A DNA stretch of 64,000 nucleotides, taken from the IMG/VR virus record IMGVR_UViG_3300007513_000003. One strand, written 5' to 3'. The notes beneath the pieces were generated by a model. That model was not told where the DNA came from. It did no database searches and saw nothing but the letters and a program-made list of their open reading frames with translations. Source of the DNA: a virus (lineage: Duplodnaviria; Caudoviricetes). Each line of letters opens with the position of its first letter. Within the stretch, counting starts at the first letter, position 1. Positions 39,452 through 50,363 of the stretch are shown here, piece after piece. The translations under genes were made by a program, and so were the position numbers.

Positions 39452-40363
39452 ATGGCATATTCAACCGGTGATACAATTCTCGCTACACACTATAATGGCT
39501 TTGTGACTAGTGTTAACACCATCTGGGGAACAGGCGGTGGTGACGATGGTTATGGTCAAAGTAATGTAATTTCAACCGTAAGCGCATCTGACACAGTAAC
39601 AGCAACCCAGTGGGCAACGTTGTTAGCAAGAATTTCTTCAGCCGCGTCCCATCAAGGCAGTTCAATTACCGCTATTTCAACACCAAGTGCAGGTGATACA
39701 ATTAGCGCATACGCCGCTCTATCAACAAACATTGGCACAATTGATACAAGCAAGTTAAACATTACTTCACCTAACTATGATGATACTACTAGCACTGGTA
39801 GTGGATCAGCTAGCTGGACAACAAGTACTGTTGACGAGTTTACATTAACATGGTCAAGTGGCGACGAAGCAAGATATTATTATAATGCAGGTGGTAGCAC
39901 CCGTCTTACGTTTAGTAGATCAGGCGGTACATCACATACAAAAAATACAGAATGGGCAAACTTGGCAACTGCATGTGGCACAGTTATTTTTGCCGCACAA
40001 GGCACAACCAAGTCAGGCGGATCTGGTACAGTAGATACAGAAGCAACAACAATTGGTTATCATGACATGTCAACAAGCAACCAGTTAATATTTAGACAGT
40101 ATGAAGGCGATAGTCCTTACACATCTAACTATATTTCTGTACAGGCAAAGTCAAATGGTACACAAGGTTCAAACAGCGACAAAGGTAGTGTTTTAACATT
40201 TACTATTACTTGGGCTGACGCGGCCGCAGATGACTTTGATGATACAGTAGACGGTACAGTAACTAATACTGTTACACATAGAACACCAAACACAACTCAA
40301 TTAAACAATGCGAGTTGGACTGGCGCGCCTACGTATGCTAGTTCAAGTTTCGCACAATCATAA
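39452..40363 (+). CDS. Virion structural / short fibre-like protein (303 aa)
   Basis: SD AAGGAG, late promoter upstream, Ser/Thr/Gly-rich composition. Confidence 0.75.
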   Translation: MAYSTGDTILATHYNGFVTSVNTIWGTGGGDDGYGQSNVISTVSASDTVTATQWATLLARISSAASHQGSSITAISTPSAGDTISAYAALSTNIGTIDTSKLNITSPNYDDTTSTGSGSASWTTSTVDEFTLTWSSGDEARYYYNAGGSTRLTFSRSGGTSHTKNTEWANLATACGTVIFAAQGTTKSGGSGTVDTEATTIGYHDMSTSNQLIFRQYEGDSPYTSNYISVQAKSNGTQGSNSDKGSVLTFTITWADAAADDFDDTVDGTVTNTVTHRTPNTTQLNNASWTGAPTYASSSFAQS

Positions 40364-40377
40364 CTTGACAATTTAAA

Positions 40378-40406
40378 TTGACAATTAAAAGCATTTAATA
40401 TATAAT
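40378..40406 (+). promoter_or_regulatory. Perfect-consensus sigma70 promoter heading the tailoring cluster
   Basis: TTGACA (40378-40383), 17-nt spacer, TATAAT (40401-40406). A second TTGACA lies at 40365. Confidence 0.85.
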
Positions 40407-40407
40407 A

Positions 40408-40764
40408 ATGTATATGAGTGCAAAAGAAGTAGTAAAGAAAAAGTTTAACCAAAAGGTGGCTCATGCAACAAAGCGTGAGACCACCCTAGGTTTACTTTCC
40501 CTTCCTTATAACGGTGGCTTATTTAAAGTAACACAGGAGTTAATAAGTTTTGGTGAATTAATGTCTTTAAGACACCAAATAGCCACACAAAATGACTTAG
40601 ATGCAAATCCAACAGTAGTTTTAGATTCATTTGAAAACCCAATTTTAATTGAGGATCCAGTAGATTTTACACAGAAGTTATGGCAACGGTATTACGAAGT
40701 AACAAACGAATACTATGCCGAACTAGAAAAAATTCGACAAATTAGAAAACCAGACCAAATTTAA
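40408..40764 (+). CDS. Hypothetical protein; likely starts at ATG 40414 on a leaderless mRNA
   Basis: ORF with no SD. The second ATG lies 7 nt after the -10 box. Confidence 0.7.
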   Translation: MYMSAKEVVKKKFNQKVAHATKRETTLGLLSLPYNGGLFKVTQELISFGELMSLRHQIATQNDLDANPTVVLDSFENPILIEDPVDFTQKLWQRYYEVTNEYYAELEKIRQIRKPDQI

Positions 40765-41606
40765 TGCCAGATGAAAAAGGCGTATTATTATTTGCGTATG
40801 ATAACGAATCAATAAGTTACACAAATCTCGCCATTATTTGTGCTTTATTAGTACGCAAACACTTACCAGGAACAGGAATAGCGTTAGTTACTAACAATCC
40901 TGTCGATGGCCCCTTCGATCATATTATACACGTTGACGCTGGGAACAGCGGAAGAAGAACATTTAGAGGCCCGGAGGGAGAACTCGAAGAACTTACATGG
41001 CACAATAAAACTAGACCCTTAGCATACGATATTTCTCCATTCCACAAAACTTTATTATTAGATGTAGATTATCTTATGTTTAATAATTCGTTGCAAGGGA
41101 TATTTCAAACACAAGAAGAACTAATATGTCATAAAGATGTGTTTGATATAACAGAAAATCATAGTTTTATTGATGATAAGTTATTGCATTGGAGTAGCAT
41201 ACCGATGCTGTGGGCAACTGTATTATATTTTACTAAAGGAGAAACTGCTAAAGCATTTTTCGATTTAATGAAAATGATACAAGAAAATTATATGTATTAT
41301 TATAATCTATATAATTTCAAGAAAGGCCCATACAGAAACGACTATGCTATAAGTATTGCATATAACCTTCTAAGCTTAGAAGGTTACTTCGACAACTCCC
41401 TCCTTACCTTACCTTCTCAATATATTGTTAGTGATGTTAGAGAAGATGGTACGGTAGTGTATGAGTTTGATAATTGTTTATCAACAATAACAAATGCTAA
41501 TTTACACATTATGAACAAGCACAGTATATTAGAAAATGCAAATAATATTATACGATACGCAACACAACCTACTTTAATCCACACAGCACATGAAGCGAAT
41601 CAATGA
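40764..41606 (+). CDS. GT-A fold glycosyltransferase-like protein
   Basis: SPFHKTLLLDVDYL contains a DxD motif. Also WATVLYF and YRNDYAISIA. Paralogous to the next gene. Confidence 0.6.
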   Translation: MPDEKGVLLFAYDNESISYTNLAIICALLVRKHLPGTGIALVTNNPVDGPFDHIIHVDAGNSGRRTFRGPEGELEELTWHNKTRPLAYDISPFHKTLLLDVDYLMFNNSLQGIFQTQEELICHKDVFDITENHSFIDDKLLHWSSIPMLWATVLYFTKGETAKAFFDLMKMIQENYMYYYNLYNFKKGPYRNDYAISIAYNLLSLEGYFDNSLLTLPSQYIVSDVREDGTVVYEFDNCLSTITNANLHIMNKHSILENANNIIRYATQPTLIHTAHEANQ

Positions 41607-42453
41607 TCACAGTGAGCAAATAGGTTACTTTACATTTGTTCAAAACAATGAAACAACAGACTATTTAAAACTTGCGTATGCGTGTGGTTTAAGTTTAAAG
41701 GCAACACAAAGCATAAACAAGTTTGCTATAGCAGTAGACGAAGCAACTAAAGAATGTTTGGAAGACAAACATTATAAAGTATTTGATTATGTTATAGATA
41801 TACCGTGGGGAGATGATAGCGAAGAAGATAGTTGGAAGTTAGGCAACGAATGGAAGGCGTGGGCAATAACACCATTTAAAGAAACAGTTAAATTAGACTG
41901 TGATATGGTGTTTACCAGAAACGTTGACCATTGGTGGACATTTATGCGAGAGCAAGAAATACTAATTGCGACGAATGTACGTAAATTAAATGGACACATT
42001 GCCACATCACGCAAATATAGAAGTGTATTTGATGAAAATAATTTACCAAACGTATATAGTGGGTTTATGTATTTTCGTTACGGTGAGGAAAGTTTAAAAC
42101 TGTTTAAAACACTCAAATGGGTTTACAAAAACTGGAATACAGTAACAGAGAATATTAAAAACTGTAGAGATAATAAACCCACAACAGATGTTGCGTTAGC
42201 TATTGCGTTAGTATTGCAAGAGCAAGAATATACATATACAAATAAAATTATAGATTACCCAACATTTGTACATTTAAAACCAAGCATTCTAGAATGGCCA
42301 GAGCAACACAAAATAGAGGATGTTGTTAATATAAGTTATAGTGATGATGTGGGATTACTTATTGGTGTTGAGCCACAGTTATACCCAGTACATGGTGCTG
42401 ATTGTAAAGAATACTTGGCTGATAAAACAATAGAGTACTATGAAAGGACTTAA
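41590..42453 (+). CDS. GT-A fold glycosyltransferase-like protein
   Basis: TPFKETVKLDCDMV contains a DxD motif. Also YSGFMYF and TDVALAIA. Confidence 0.6.
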   Translation: MKRINDHSEQIGYFTFVQNNETTDYLKLAYACGLSLKATQSINKFAIAVDEATKECLEDKHYKVFDYVIDIPWGDDSEEDSWKLGNEWKAWAITPFKETVKLDCDMVFTRNVDHWWTFMREQEILIATNVRKLNGHIATSRKYRSVFDENNLPNVYSGFMYFRYGEESLKLFKTLKWVYKNWNTVTENIKNCRDNKPTTDVALAIALVLQEQEYTYTNKIIDYPTFVHLKPSILEWPEQHKIEDVVNISYSDDVGLLIGVEPQLYPVHGADCKEYLADKTIEYYERT

Positions 42454-42829
42454 TGAGTTTTTAGAAGCATTAGAAGGCTTTAACTATAGTGAAAAGGAAA
42501 AGCCAGATTATTGTTTATATTATGATGACTCAGGCAGAATATACGAAGCATCAACAGAAGAACGAGAAGGATTAAGTTATATAAAAGTTCCATGGAACTG
42601 GCCAAACGATAACTTTATTACAGATTGGACTGTTGAAGATGGTAAGTTAAAGCCTATAGAAAAATATAATAGCGCAATATCAAAATATAAACAAATAACA
42701 CATGCTTCAGAGTTAGACCATACTCGTCCTGTATTAGTTACTAATAAAGATCATAGGTTAATTAAACGTGTTATTAATCCAGACCAAGTCAAATTTATTA
42801 AAGATGAAAGTTATTACCAATTACAATAG
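42440..42829 (+). CDS. Hypothetical protein
   Basis: ORF overlapping the upstream gene; part of the operon. Confidence 0.65.
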   Translation: MKGLNEFLEALEGFNYSEKEKPDYCLYYDDSGRIYEASTEEREGLSYIKVPWNWPNDNFITDWTVEDGKLKPIEKYNSAISKYKQITHASELDHTRPVLVTNKDHRLIKRVINPDQVKFIKDESYYQLQ

Positions 42830-42837
42830 GAGGAAAA

Positions 42838-43065
42838 ATGGTGACATCACATGCAAAGTTTCCGTGGAAAGTTGAAAAGGGAGACGTAATTAAAAATCAA
42901 GAGTTTAAAGAGGCAGTTAAAATATATAAAAGTGTAAAAGTATGGTGTGAATCAAACTGTAAGGGTGAATATAAAGTCGACGACCGAGTTTATGCCCACG
43001 GCGTAAGGGTAGATTTTAAACGCCCAACAGAAGCATCATTATTTGAAGAACACTTTAACTCATGA
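42838..43065 (+). CDS. Hypothetical protein
   Basis: Strong SD (AGGAGG); part of the operon. Confidence 0.7.
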   Translation: MVTSHAKFPWKVEKGDVIKNQEFKEAVKIYKSVKVWCESNCKGEYKVDDRVYAHGVRVDFKRPTEASLFEEHFNS

Positions 43066-43988
43066 CTGAAATCATCGACATTGCGGACTTAGACTGCATA
43101 TATCTAACATACGATGAACCACAAAAGGATGAGTTTTGGGCAAAGATACTTAATATGGTTCCGTGGGCAAAACACGTTGACGGTGTTTATGGTTCTGATG
43201 CGGCACATAAAGCGGCGGCAGAAGCAAGTGACACAGAACGGTTTGTTTTGATTGACGGAGACAATATGCCTGACCCGGAGTTCTTTAACCTTCAAATTAC
43301 ATTAGATAACGATACAAAAGATTGCGTTTTTAGATGGAAGGGACGTAATGTTATAAACGGACTAATGTACGGCAATGGTGGTTTAAGTTGTTGGCCAGTT
43401 GAGTTTGTAATGAACATGAAATCACATGAAAACACTGATGGCAGAGATGAAACATTGGTTGAATTTTGTTTTGATGACAAATATAGAGCAATGCATAACT
43501 GCTACAGTACAACATATCCAAATGGATCCGAACTTCATGCGTGGAGGGCAGGCTTTAGAGAAGGCGTCAAGATGGTGCTGGATAAAGGATCCCGCCCCAG
43601 TCTCGATACATTTGAGAAACAAATACATGCTCGTAATTACGATAATCTATGTATTTGGCAAACAGTAGGACGCGATGTTGAACACGGCATTTGGGCAATA
43701 TATGGAGCACGTTTAGGCACGTTTTTAACCATGCTTGCAGATTGGGATTATATAAATGTAAGAGACTTTAAGTATCTTACAGAATTGTTTAATGCGGAAC
43801 ACGCAGACAAAGATCCAGAAGCAGAAGCAAGAAGGTTGGGCGAAATACTACAAAACAAATTAGGTATGCCTATATGCGAAATGGATGCTGAATCAAGTAA
43901 GTTTTTTAAAGAGCACTATAGCACACACAAAAACTATGATATCATGATCCAGGAGTTAGATGTAATACGCCAAATTGAAGGCTGGTAA
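43062..43988 (+). CDS. GT-A-like glycosyltransferase-related protein
   Basis: DCIYLTYDEP, VDGVYGSDAAHKAAA and FVLIDGDN (DxD), then NGLMYGNGG and AWRAGFREGVKM. Confidence 0.55.
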   Translation: MTEIIDIADLDCIYLTYDEPQKDEFWAKILNMVPWAKHVDGVYGSDAAHKAAAEASDTERFVLIDGDNMPDPEFFNLQITLDNDTKDCVFRWKGRNVINGLMYGNGGLSCWPVEFVMNMKSHENTDGRDETLVEFCFDDKYRAMHNCYSTTYPNGSELHAWRAGFREGVKMVLDKGSRPSLDTFEKQIHARNYDNLCIWQTVGRDVEHGIWAIYGARLGTFLTMLADWDYINVRDFKYLTELFNAEHADKDPEAEARRLGEILQNKLGMPICEMDAESSKFFKEHYSTHKNYDIMIQELDVIRQIEGW

Positions 43989-45430
43989 TGGAACTATACA
44001 AGGACAATAAGGGCGATAAAGTAGAAGTTGAAGATGGGAAATTTAAATCGGACTTTTACAAAAGCGCAGAAAATATTACAGAGCAATTAGACTCTGTATC
44101 ACCGTCCTTTTGCCTTGCTAAATGGAATCAAGTTAGTTTACATTTACCAACTGGATTAAACAACAGTTGCTACCACCCACCACTACACAAAATAGACGCA
44201 GAAGAAGTTAAACAAAATCCATCTGCTTTACATAATACGCAACACAAGAAACAAATGCGTAAGTTAATGCTAGAAGGAGAACGTCCAAAAGAATGCCAGT
44301 ATTGTTGGAACATTGAAGATACTGGGCATATGAGCGACAGGCATTATAGAAGTGGCGAGCCATGGGCACACATGGACTTTGAAACTATACTTAATGCTCC
44401 GTGGAATGCAGACAAAAACCCACGCTATGTTGAAGTTAACTTTAATCATAATTGCAATCTAAAGTGTAGTTACTGTTCACCACAGTTTAGCACATCGTGG
44501 GAAAAGGAAATGAAGCAGTATGGTGCATGGCCCACAAAAACACCACATAACGCACCTGAACATTTTACTGGCGACAGAGCATGTATTCCACATAGTCATT
44601 ATAATCCACATGTAGAAGCATTTTGGAAATGGTGGCCCGACTTATATAAAGATTTAAAACACTTTAGAATGACTGGCGGCGAACCAATGATGGATAAAAA
44701 TACTTACAAAGTATTTGATTACATTAATGAGCATCCAAAAAGCGATTTACATCTTAACGTAACGAGTAACTTCTCAGTAGAGGATAAACTGTTTAACAAA
44801 TATATTGAAGCAATTAAACCTATTTGCTTAGATGAAAAAGTAGAACACTTTATGCAATATGTTAGCGTTGACACGTGGATGGAGCAAGCGGAATATATAC
44901 GCAATGGATTAGATTTTAATAGAATGTGGGACAACGTTAATAGATTTTTAACAGAAGTTCCATATAGAAACAGCGTTACGTTTATTATTACATATAATAA
45001 TTTAAGTGTAACAGGCATGGATAAACTGTTAGCCGCTATACATGGTTTAAGACAAATATATAGCGAGACTTACCAACGAGTGTGGTTTGATACTCCACTG
45101 TTGAGACAACCACGTTGGCAAAGCATACAATTATTGCCCGAAGCATACCAAATGATACATGACGACAACATTTGTTGGATGTTGGATAATATGGAAGACG
45201 AAAAAACACGCTTTAAGGGATTTAAAGATTATGAAGTTCAACGTATGCAACGTGACTTGGCGTGGTGGCAAGAAGGTAGTAATTTAGACGAGCACTATGT
45301 AAAAGACTGTAAAGCAGATTTTTATAGGTTTTTTAACGAACACGATAAACGCCGAGGAACAAACTTCCTCGAAACTTTCCCCGAAATGATAGATTGGTGG
45401 GAAGAATGTAAGAGGTTGGCGCAATCGTGA
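43988..45430 (+). CDS. Radical SAM enzyme 1 (subgroup A, N-terminal Cys-rich auxiliary domain)
   Basis: CNLKCSYC and MTGGEP. N-terminal FCLAKW...SCYHPP...ECQYCW. Confidence 0.9.
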   Translation: MELYKDNKGDKVEVEDGKFKSDFYKSAENITEQLDSVSPSFCLAKWNQVSLHLPTGLNNSCYHPPLHKIDAEEVKQNPSALHNTQHKKQMRKLMLEGERPKECQYCWNIEDTGHMSDRHYRSGEPWAHMDFETILNAPWNADKNPRYVEVNFNHNCNLKCSYCSPQFSTSWEKEMKQYGAWPTKTPHNAPEHFTGDRACIPHSHYNPHVEAFWKWWPDLYKDLKHFRMTGGEPMMDKNTYKVFDYINEHPKSDLHLNVTSNFSVEDKLFNKYIEAIKPICLDEKVEHFMQYVSVDTWMEQAEYIRNGLDFNRMWDNVNRFLTEVPYRNSVTFIITYNNLSVTGMDKLLAAIHGLRQIYSETYQRVWFDTPLLRQPRWQSIQLLPEAYQMIHDDNICWMLDNMEDEKTRFKGFKDYEVQRMQRDLAWWQEGSNLDEHYVKDCKADFYRFFNEHDKRRGTNFLETFPEMIDWWEECKRLAQS

Positions 45431-46446
45431 AAAATGAATTTAACTGGCCACTGTGGCATTGGCATATTGAACTTAGTAGTTTATGTACGTTAAAATGTCC
45501 TAGATGTTCTAGAACAGAAAAACCACAAACATTAGAAAGAGATAATTTAACATTAGGCTTTTTTACAAAAAACTTTACTAAGGATATCTTAACACAAATA
45601 AAAAGAATTACATTGTGTGGCTACGACGGTGATCCAATTTACAATAGAGAATTTATAGAGATTTGTGAATATTTTAAAACTATTAATCCTAAAATAGAGT
45701 TAAGTATTGTTACCAATGGTAGTTACAAACCAGTAGTATGGTGGGAAAGATTGGCTAAAGTATTAAACAAATACGATCAGGTGCATTTTAGTTTGGATGG
45801 TTATGATCAAGAAAGTAATGAGAAATATAGAATAAATTGTGATTGGAATAGTATAATGGAAGGCGTAAATGCATTAAGAAAAAAACCTGTTAGATTAGTA
45901 TGGGATATGATATATTTTTCTTTTAATTATAAACATGAAGATCATATGATAGCACTTGCAAAGGAACTAAATTTTGATGCTATAAGACAAACTAAAAGTA
46001 ATAAGTTTAATTTTTATTATCAACACTATGATAATTCTTTAGATCCTATAGAAGATTACATTAGTAAATCTGGTAGATACGAAAGTAATACCATACGTCT
46101 TACAAAAAGGAAAATATACGATGATAGTTTTAAGACAGCAGTACAGTTATATAAAAAGCAATCTTTGGTGGGTGATTTAATACCTTATTGCTTTATAGGT
46201 ACAAAAGGGTTATTCATTGATAGCAGAGGATATTTTTATCCGTGTTGCTGGATTATTAATAGATATAATGATGAGGCATATAAAAACTGGTTGACGCATG
46301 ACAAGAACATAAAACAACGTGGGTTAGAATCAGTATTAAACAATCCTTGTTGGAAAGAATTTATAGAAAACATACCTAAGTTGGATATATGTAATTTAAA
46401 ATGTAAATCAACTGAGGTTAATAAAGAAACAGTAATGAGGTTTTAA
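45427..46446 (+). CDS. Radical SAM enzyme 2 (C-terminal SPASM/twitch-like domain)
   Basis: CTLKCPRC, CGYDGDP, TNGS and SLDG. C-terminal C...G-x-FYPCCW...CNLKC. GTG start. Confidence 0.9.
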   Translation: MKNEFNWPLWHWHIELSSLCTLKCPRCSRTEKPQTLERDNLTLGFFTKNFTKDILTQIKRITLCGYDGDPIYNREFIEICEYFKTINPKIELSIVTNGSYKPVVWWERLAKVLNKYDQVHFSLDGYDQESNEKYRINCDWNSIMEGVNALRKKPVRLVWDMIYFSFNYKHEDHMIALAKELNFDAIRQTKSNKFNFYYQHYDNSLDPIEDYISKSGRYESNTIRLTKRKIYDDSFKTAVQLYKKQSLVGDLIPYCFIGTKGLFIDSRGYFYPCCWIINRYNDEAYKNWLTHDKNIKQRGLESVLNNPCWKEFIENIPKLDICNLKCKSTEVNKETVMRF

Positions 46447-47814
46447 ATGACACTAAGAAAACCGGGTAGAGAGACCGATTTAGAGGTCAAAAAATGGCTA
46501 AATAATACTATAAGTCCATCTTTTTGTATGGCAAAATGGAGGAACGCTACAATATGGTTAGGAAGTGGAATGACAACAAGTTGTCATCACCCGCCTGCCC
46601 ACGAAATAGATGTAACAGAACTTCAATCCAATCCAGCCGCTATCCATAACACATTCCAAAAAAAGAAAGATCGACACAATATGCTAATGGGACAACGTCC
46701 TGCTGGCTGTGAGTATTGTTGGAAGATTGAAGATATTGGGCCCGATGCTATTTCGGATCGTGTCCATAAATCAGTCATTTATGACGAGGAGGATGTTAAT
46801 TATGTCAAAGACAAATTACCGACAGAAAATTTTGCACTTCGCACTCTTGAGACCGCCTTTGATCGGACTTGCAACTTTAGCTGTTCTTACTGTAATCCTG
46901 CTTTTAGTAGTTCCTGGGTAAAGGATATCAAAAAAGATGGACCGTACGAAAATCTAATTAGCGACGGTCGTAATCATTTTACTCATACCCACCCTTCTGC
47001 TCAATTATACAAAAAGGATGAAACTAATCCTTATGTTGAAGCGTTCTGGAAGTGGTGGGATGAGGAATTACACGAAACACTTGATGAACTTCGTATTACT
47101 GGTGGCGAACCATTGATGTCTGACGACATATGGAAACTATTTGAATGGTTTAAAAATAGTGACAGGCAAACAAATATGCGTTTTGCTATTAACAGTAATC
47201 TGGGTGCCAAAGACGAACTATTAGATAGATTTATTGAAAATGCACAGCATGTTCCGCACTTGCATTTATATACAAGTTGTGAAGCGATGGGCGTACAAGC
47301 AGAATATATACGTGATGGATTAGAGTGGAATAGATGGGTGAGTAATTGCCACAGAGCCTGTACCGAAGGAAACCTTGAAGGTTTTCATATGATGTGTACA
47401 ATTAACGCATTGTGTTTAAACTCTCTTCCACAATTTTTACAGCAACAATTGGAATTTAAAGAAGAGTACGGATCGAGCTTTCCAACATTTACATTAAATA
47501 TTTTACGTTTTCCAAGTTTCCAATCTCCGTTGGTATTGCCGAAAGAAATACTTGCGGAGTTTAGAGGGGATATACAAGGTTGGTATAGAAAAGCAAAGAA
47601 AAATAAGTTGATGCATGAAATGGAACGCAATCACGTAGAGCGTTTAATAGATTATTTAGATGTGGTAGAAACACCGCACAGCGATACATTTGAAAAACCA
47701 GCATTGCATAATGATTTTTATCATTTCTACAAACAATATGATGAGCGTAGAAGAAAGAATTTTGTAGAAACGTTTCCACGCCTAGCAGATTGGTATAATA
47801 GTTTAAATGGATAA
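46447..47814 (+). CDS. Radical SAM enzyme 3 (subgroup A)
   Basis: CNFSCSYC and ITGGEP. N-terminal FCMAKW...SCHHPP...GCEYCW. Confidence 0.9.
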   Translation: MTLRKPGRETDLEVKKWLNNTISPSFCMAKWRNATIWLGSGMTTSCHHPPAHEIDVTELQSNPAAIHNTFQKKKDRHNMLMGQRPAGCEYCWKIEDIGPDAISDRVHKSVIYDEEDVNYVKDKLPTENFALRTLETAFDRTCNFSCSYCNPAFSSSWVKDIKKDGPYENLISDGRNHFTHTHPSAQLYKKDETNPYVEAFWKWWDEELHETLDELRITGGEPLMSDDIWKLFEWFKNSDRQTNMRFAINSNLGAKDELLDRFIENAQHVPHLHLYTSCEAMGVQAEYIRDGLEWNRWVSNCHRACTEGNLEGFHMMCTINALCLNSLPQFLQQQLEFKEEYGSSFPTFTLNILRFPSFQSPLVLPKEILAEFRGDIQGWYRKAKKNKLMHEMERNHVERLIDYLDVVETPHSDTFEKPALHNDFYHFYKQYDERRRKNFVETFPRLADWYNSLNG

Positions 47815-49120
47815 AGGATTTTTAGACGAAGATAATCCGTTTGATAGTAAGACGTTGTTACTTGATAGAAACAAACAACGATTACAAAAGAGTGATTTTA
47901 CGCAATTACAGTATGAACTGTTAGCACATAGTAAACACTTCTGTATGCTGCCGTGGATACATTTACACGGTTGGTCACAAGGCGAAGCATATCCTTGCTG
48001 TATGGCAGAGATGAATGAAACAGTAGGAAATTTACGCGACAATACTTTAGAAGAAGTATGGAACGGTGAAAGCATGAGACAAATGCGTCTTAATATGCTA
48101 CAAGATAAACCTAGCGAGCAATGCGTAAAATGTTATGAGAAAGAGGACAATGGCTTTTTTAGTTTGCGTAATGAAAGCAATAGAAACTTTGCGTATGCTG
48201 TAGATTATATAGATAGCACACAAACAGATGGCAGTGCTGATCCGAATATTATATATTGGGATATGCGGTTTAATAATTTATGTAATTTTAGTTGTAGAAT
48301 GTGTGGCCCGCAGTTTAGTAGTAATTGGGTTAAAGAGTTTAATCGCATATATGGGCAAGACTTAAAGATTGAATATACACGTGGCAATAAAGAATTAAAT
48401 TGGGAAATGGTAGAACCATATATAGATAACTTACATAAAATATACTTTGCTGGCGGAGAACCGCTAATGATGGAAGAACACTGGCGCTTAATAGATGAAC
48501 TATTAAAACGCGGCAAAACAAATGTAGAGTTAATGTATAACACAAACTTTAGTGAAACGAAGTATAAAAGCAGAAACGTATTTGAAATATGGAAAGAGTT
48601 TGAAACAGTATCAGTAGGTGCAAGTTTAGACGCGATAGGTGCAAGAGCAGAGTATATACGCAAAGGAACTAATTGGGATAAAATAGTTCGCAACAGAGAA
48701 GAAATGTTGGATATATGTCCTACAGTAGACTTTTTTCCAAGTGCTACACTGCAGGTATTAAATGCATATCATATTGTAGATTTCCATAATGATTGGATGC
48801 ATCGTGGCCTTATTAAGGCGTATGACTTTCATATTAATATATTACAAGGACCAGACTATTATAGACTAACTATCTTGCCACAACATATGAGAGAAGAAGT
48901 AATAAAATTATATAAAGAGCATTTAGTAAACATTGCCGAAGCAGATGATATCAAACGTGCTACAAATGGATTTGAAGGCGCCATACACTTTTTAGAGAAC
49001 GAAGATAGAACAGACTTATTACCAAAGTTTAGAGAGGAAATACATAAGTTTGATAGATTTAGAAATGAAGATATGGTAGAAGTATTTCCAGAATTAAAGG
49101 AGTTAATGGATGGATTATAA
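47807..49120 (+). CDS. Radical SAM enzyme 4 (subgroup B, N-terminal twitch-like domain)
   Basis: CNFSCRMC and FAGGEP. N-terminal FCMLPW...PCC...QCVKC. Confidence 0.9.
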   Translation: MDKGFLDEDNPFDSKTLLLDRNKQRLQKSDFTQLQYELLAHSKHFCMLPWIHLHGWSQGEAYPCCMAEMNETVGNLRDNTLEEVWNGESMRQMRLNMLQDKPSEQCVKCYEKEDNGFFSLRNESNRNFAYAVDYIDSTQTDGSADPNIIYWDMRFNNLCNFSCRMCGPQFSSNWVKEFNRIYGQDLKIEYTRGNKELNWEMVEPYIDNLHKIYFAGGEPLMMEEHWRLIDELLKRGKTNVELMYNTNFSETKYKSRNVFEIWKEFETVSVGASLDAIGARAEYIRKGTNWDKIVRNREEMLDICPTVDFFPSATLQVLNAYHIVDFHNDWMHRGLIKAYDFHINILQGPDYYRLTILPQHMREEVIKLYKEHLVNIAEADDIKRATNGFEGAIHFLENEDRTDLLPKFREEIHKFDRFRNEDMVEVFPELKELMDGL

Positions 49121-50363
49121 TGAAAAAAAGCCGTTGAAAGTTCAACTTGAGGATCTATCACCACAAGAACAATTCAATCTCTTAGAAAATCCTACGTTTT
49201 GTATCTATCCCTGGACTCATATACATGCTTATCCTGATTCCTCTGTGCATCTTTGCTGTATGTCAGATATGAATATGCCAGTTGGTGATTTAAAAGATAA
49301 TACTTTGGAAGAGATTTGGCACGGCGAGAAAATGCAAAATATACGTGATAGAATGTTTAAAGGATTGCACCTTAAAGAATGTAGTAAATGCTATGAACAA
49401 GATAAAAACGGATTCATGAGTGGTAGAGTAAGTGCAAATAAACATTTTGGACATCATATTAATAAAACAAAATCACATAACGTTGATCCAAATTTTGAAA
49501 TTGTGTATTGGGACGTTCGCTTTAGTAATATGTGTAACTTCCGTTGTCGCACTTGCGGACCACTGTTTAGTTCTAATTGGTATAGTGATGCCGTTAAGTT
49601 AGGACAAACGCCAAATCATCCCAAAGTAATACGATGTGGTGATGACAAAGACTTTTATGAAGAAGCAAAGCGACATATGCCATACATTGAGCAATTTTAT
49701 TTTGCGGGTGGTGAACCACTTACAATGGTTGAGCATTGGAAAATTTTAGAAGAACTTATACGACAAGAGCGTTTTGATGTAAAACTTATTTACAACACTA
49801 ATATGAGCGAAATGAAGTTTAAAGGAAAAAGTATTTTTGAAATGTGGAAACATTTTGATAGTGTTAGTGTCGGCGCAAGTTTGGATGGCATGGGCAAACG
49901 TGCCGAGTATATACGTAAAGGAACTATTTGGAAAGAGACTGAACAAAATAGATTTGAAATGTTAGAAATTTGTCCTAACGTGGATTTTTATATTAGTTGC
50001 ACGTTAAGCATAATGAACAGTTTCCATATGCCAGACTTTCATCGTGATTGGATGGATAGAGGTTTAATACAAGCACAAGACTTTAACATAAACATATTAA
50101 TGAATCCACCACACTATCGCATAGACAATCTACCAAATAATCTTAAAGAAAAACTAATCGCTAAATACAAAGAGCATATTGAATATATTAGACCGTTGGA
50201 CGGCTTGCAACGAGCAACAAACGGTTATGAAAGTGCTATTAACTTTATTAATCAACCTGCCAACGAACAATTGCTACAAGACTTTTTAAAACTAACCAAC
50301 CAAGTAGACGATGTAAGAAATGAAAACTTTAAAGAAACATTTCCAGAGTTGAGTGAACTATGA
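49110..50363 (+). CDS. Radical SAM enzyme 5 (subgroup B)
   Basis: CNFRCRTC and FAGGEP. N-terminal FCIYPW...LCC...ECSKC. Confidence 0.9.
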   Translation: MDYNEKKPLKVQLEDLSPQEQFNLLENPTFCIYPWTHIHAYPDSSVHLCCMSDMNMPVGDLKDNTLEEIWHGEKMQNIRDRMFKGLHLKECSKCYEQDKNGFMSGRVSANKHFGHHINKTKSHNVDPNFEIVYWDVRFSNMCNFRCRTCGPLFSSNWYSDAVKLGQTPNHPKVIRCGDDKDFYEEAKRHMPYIEQFYFAGGEPLTMVEHWKILEELIRQERFDVKLIYNTNMSEMKFKGKSIFEMWKHFDSVSVGASLDGMGKRAEYIRKGTIWKETEQNRFEMLEICPNVDFYISCTLSIMNSFHMPDFHRDWMDRGLIQAQDFNINILMNPPHYRIDNLPNNLKEKLIAKYKEHIEYIRPLDGLQRATNGYESAINFINQPANEQLLQDFLKLTNQVDDVRNENFKETFPELSEL

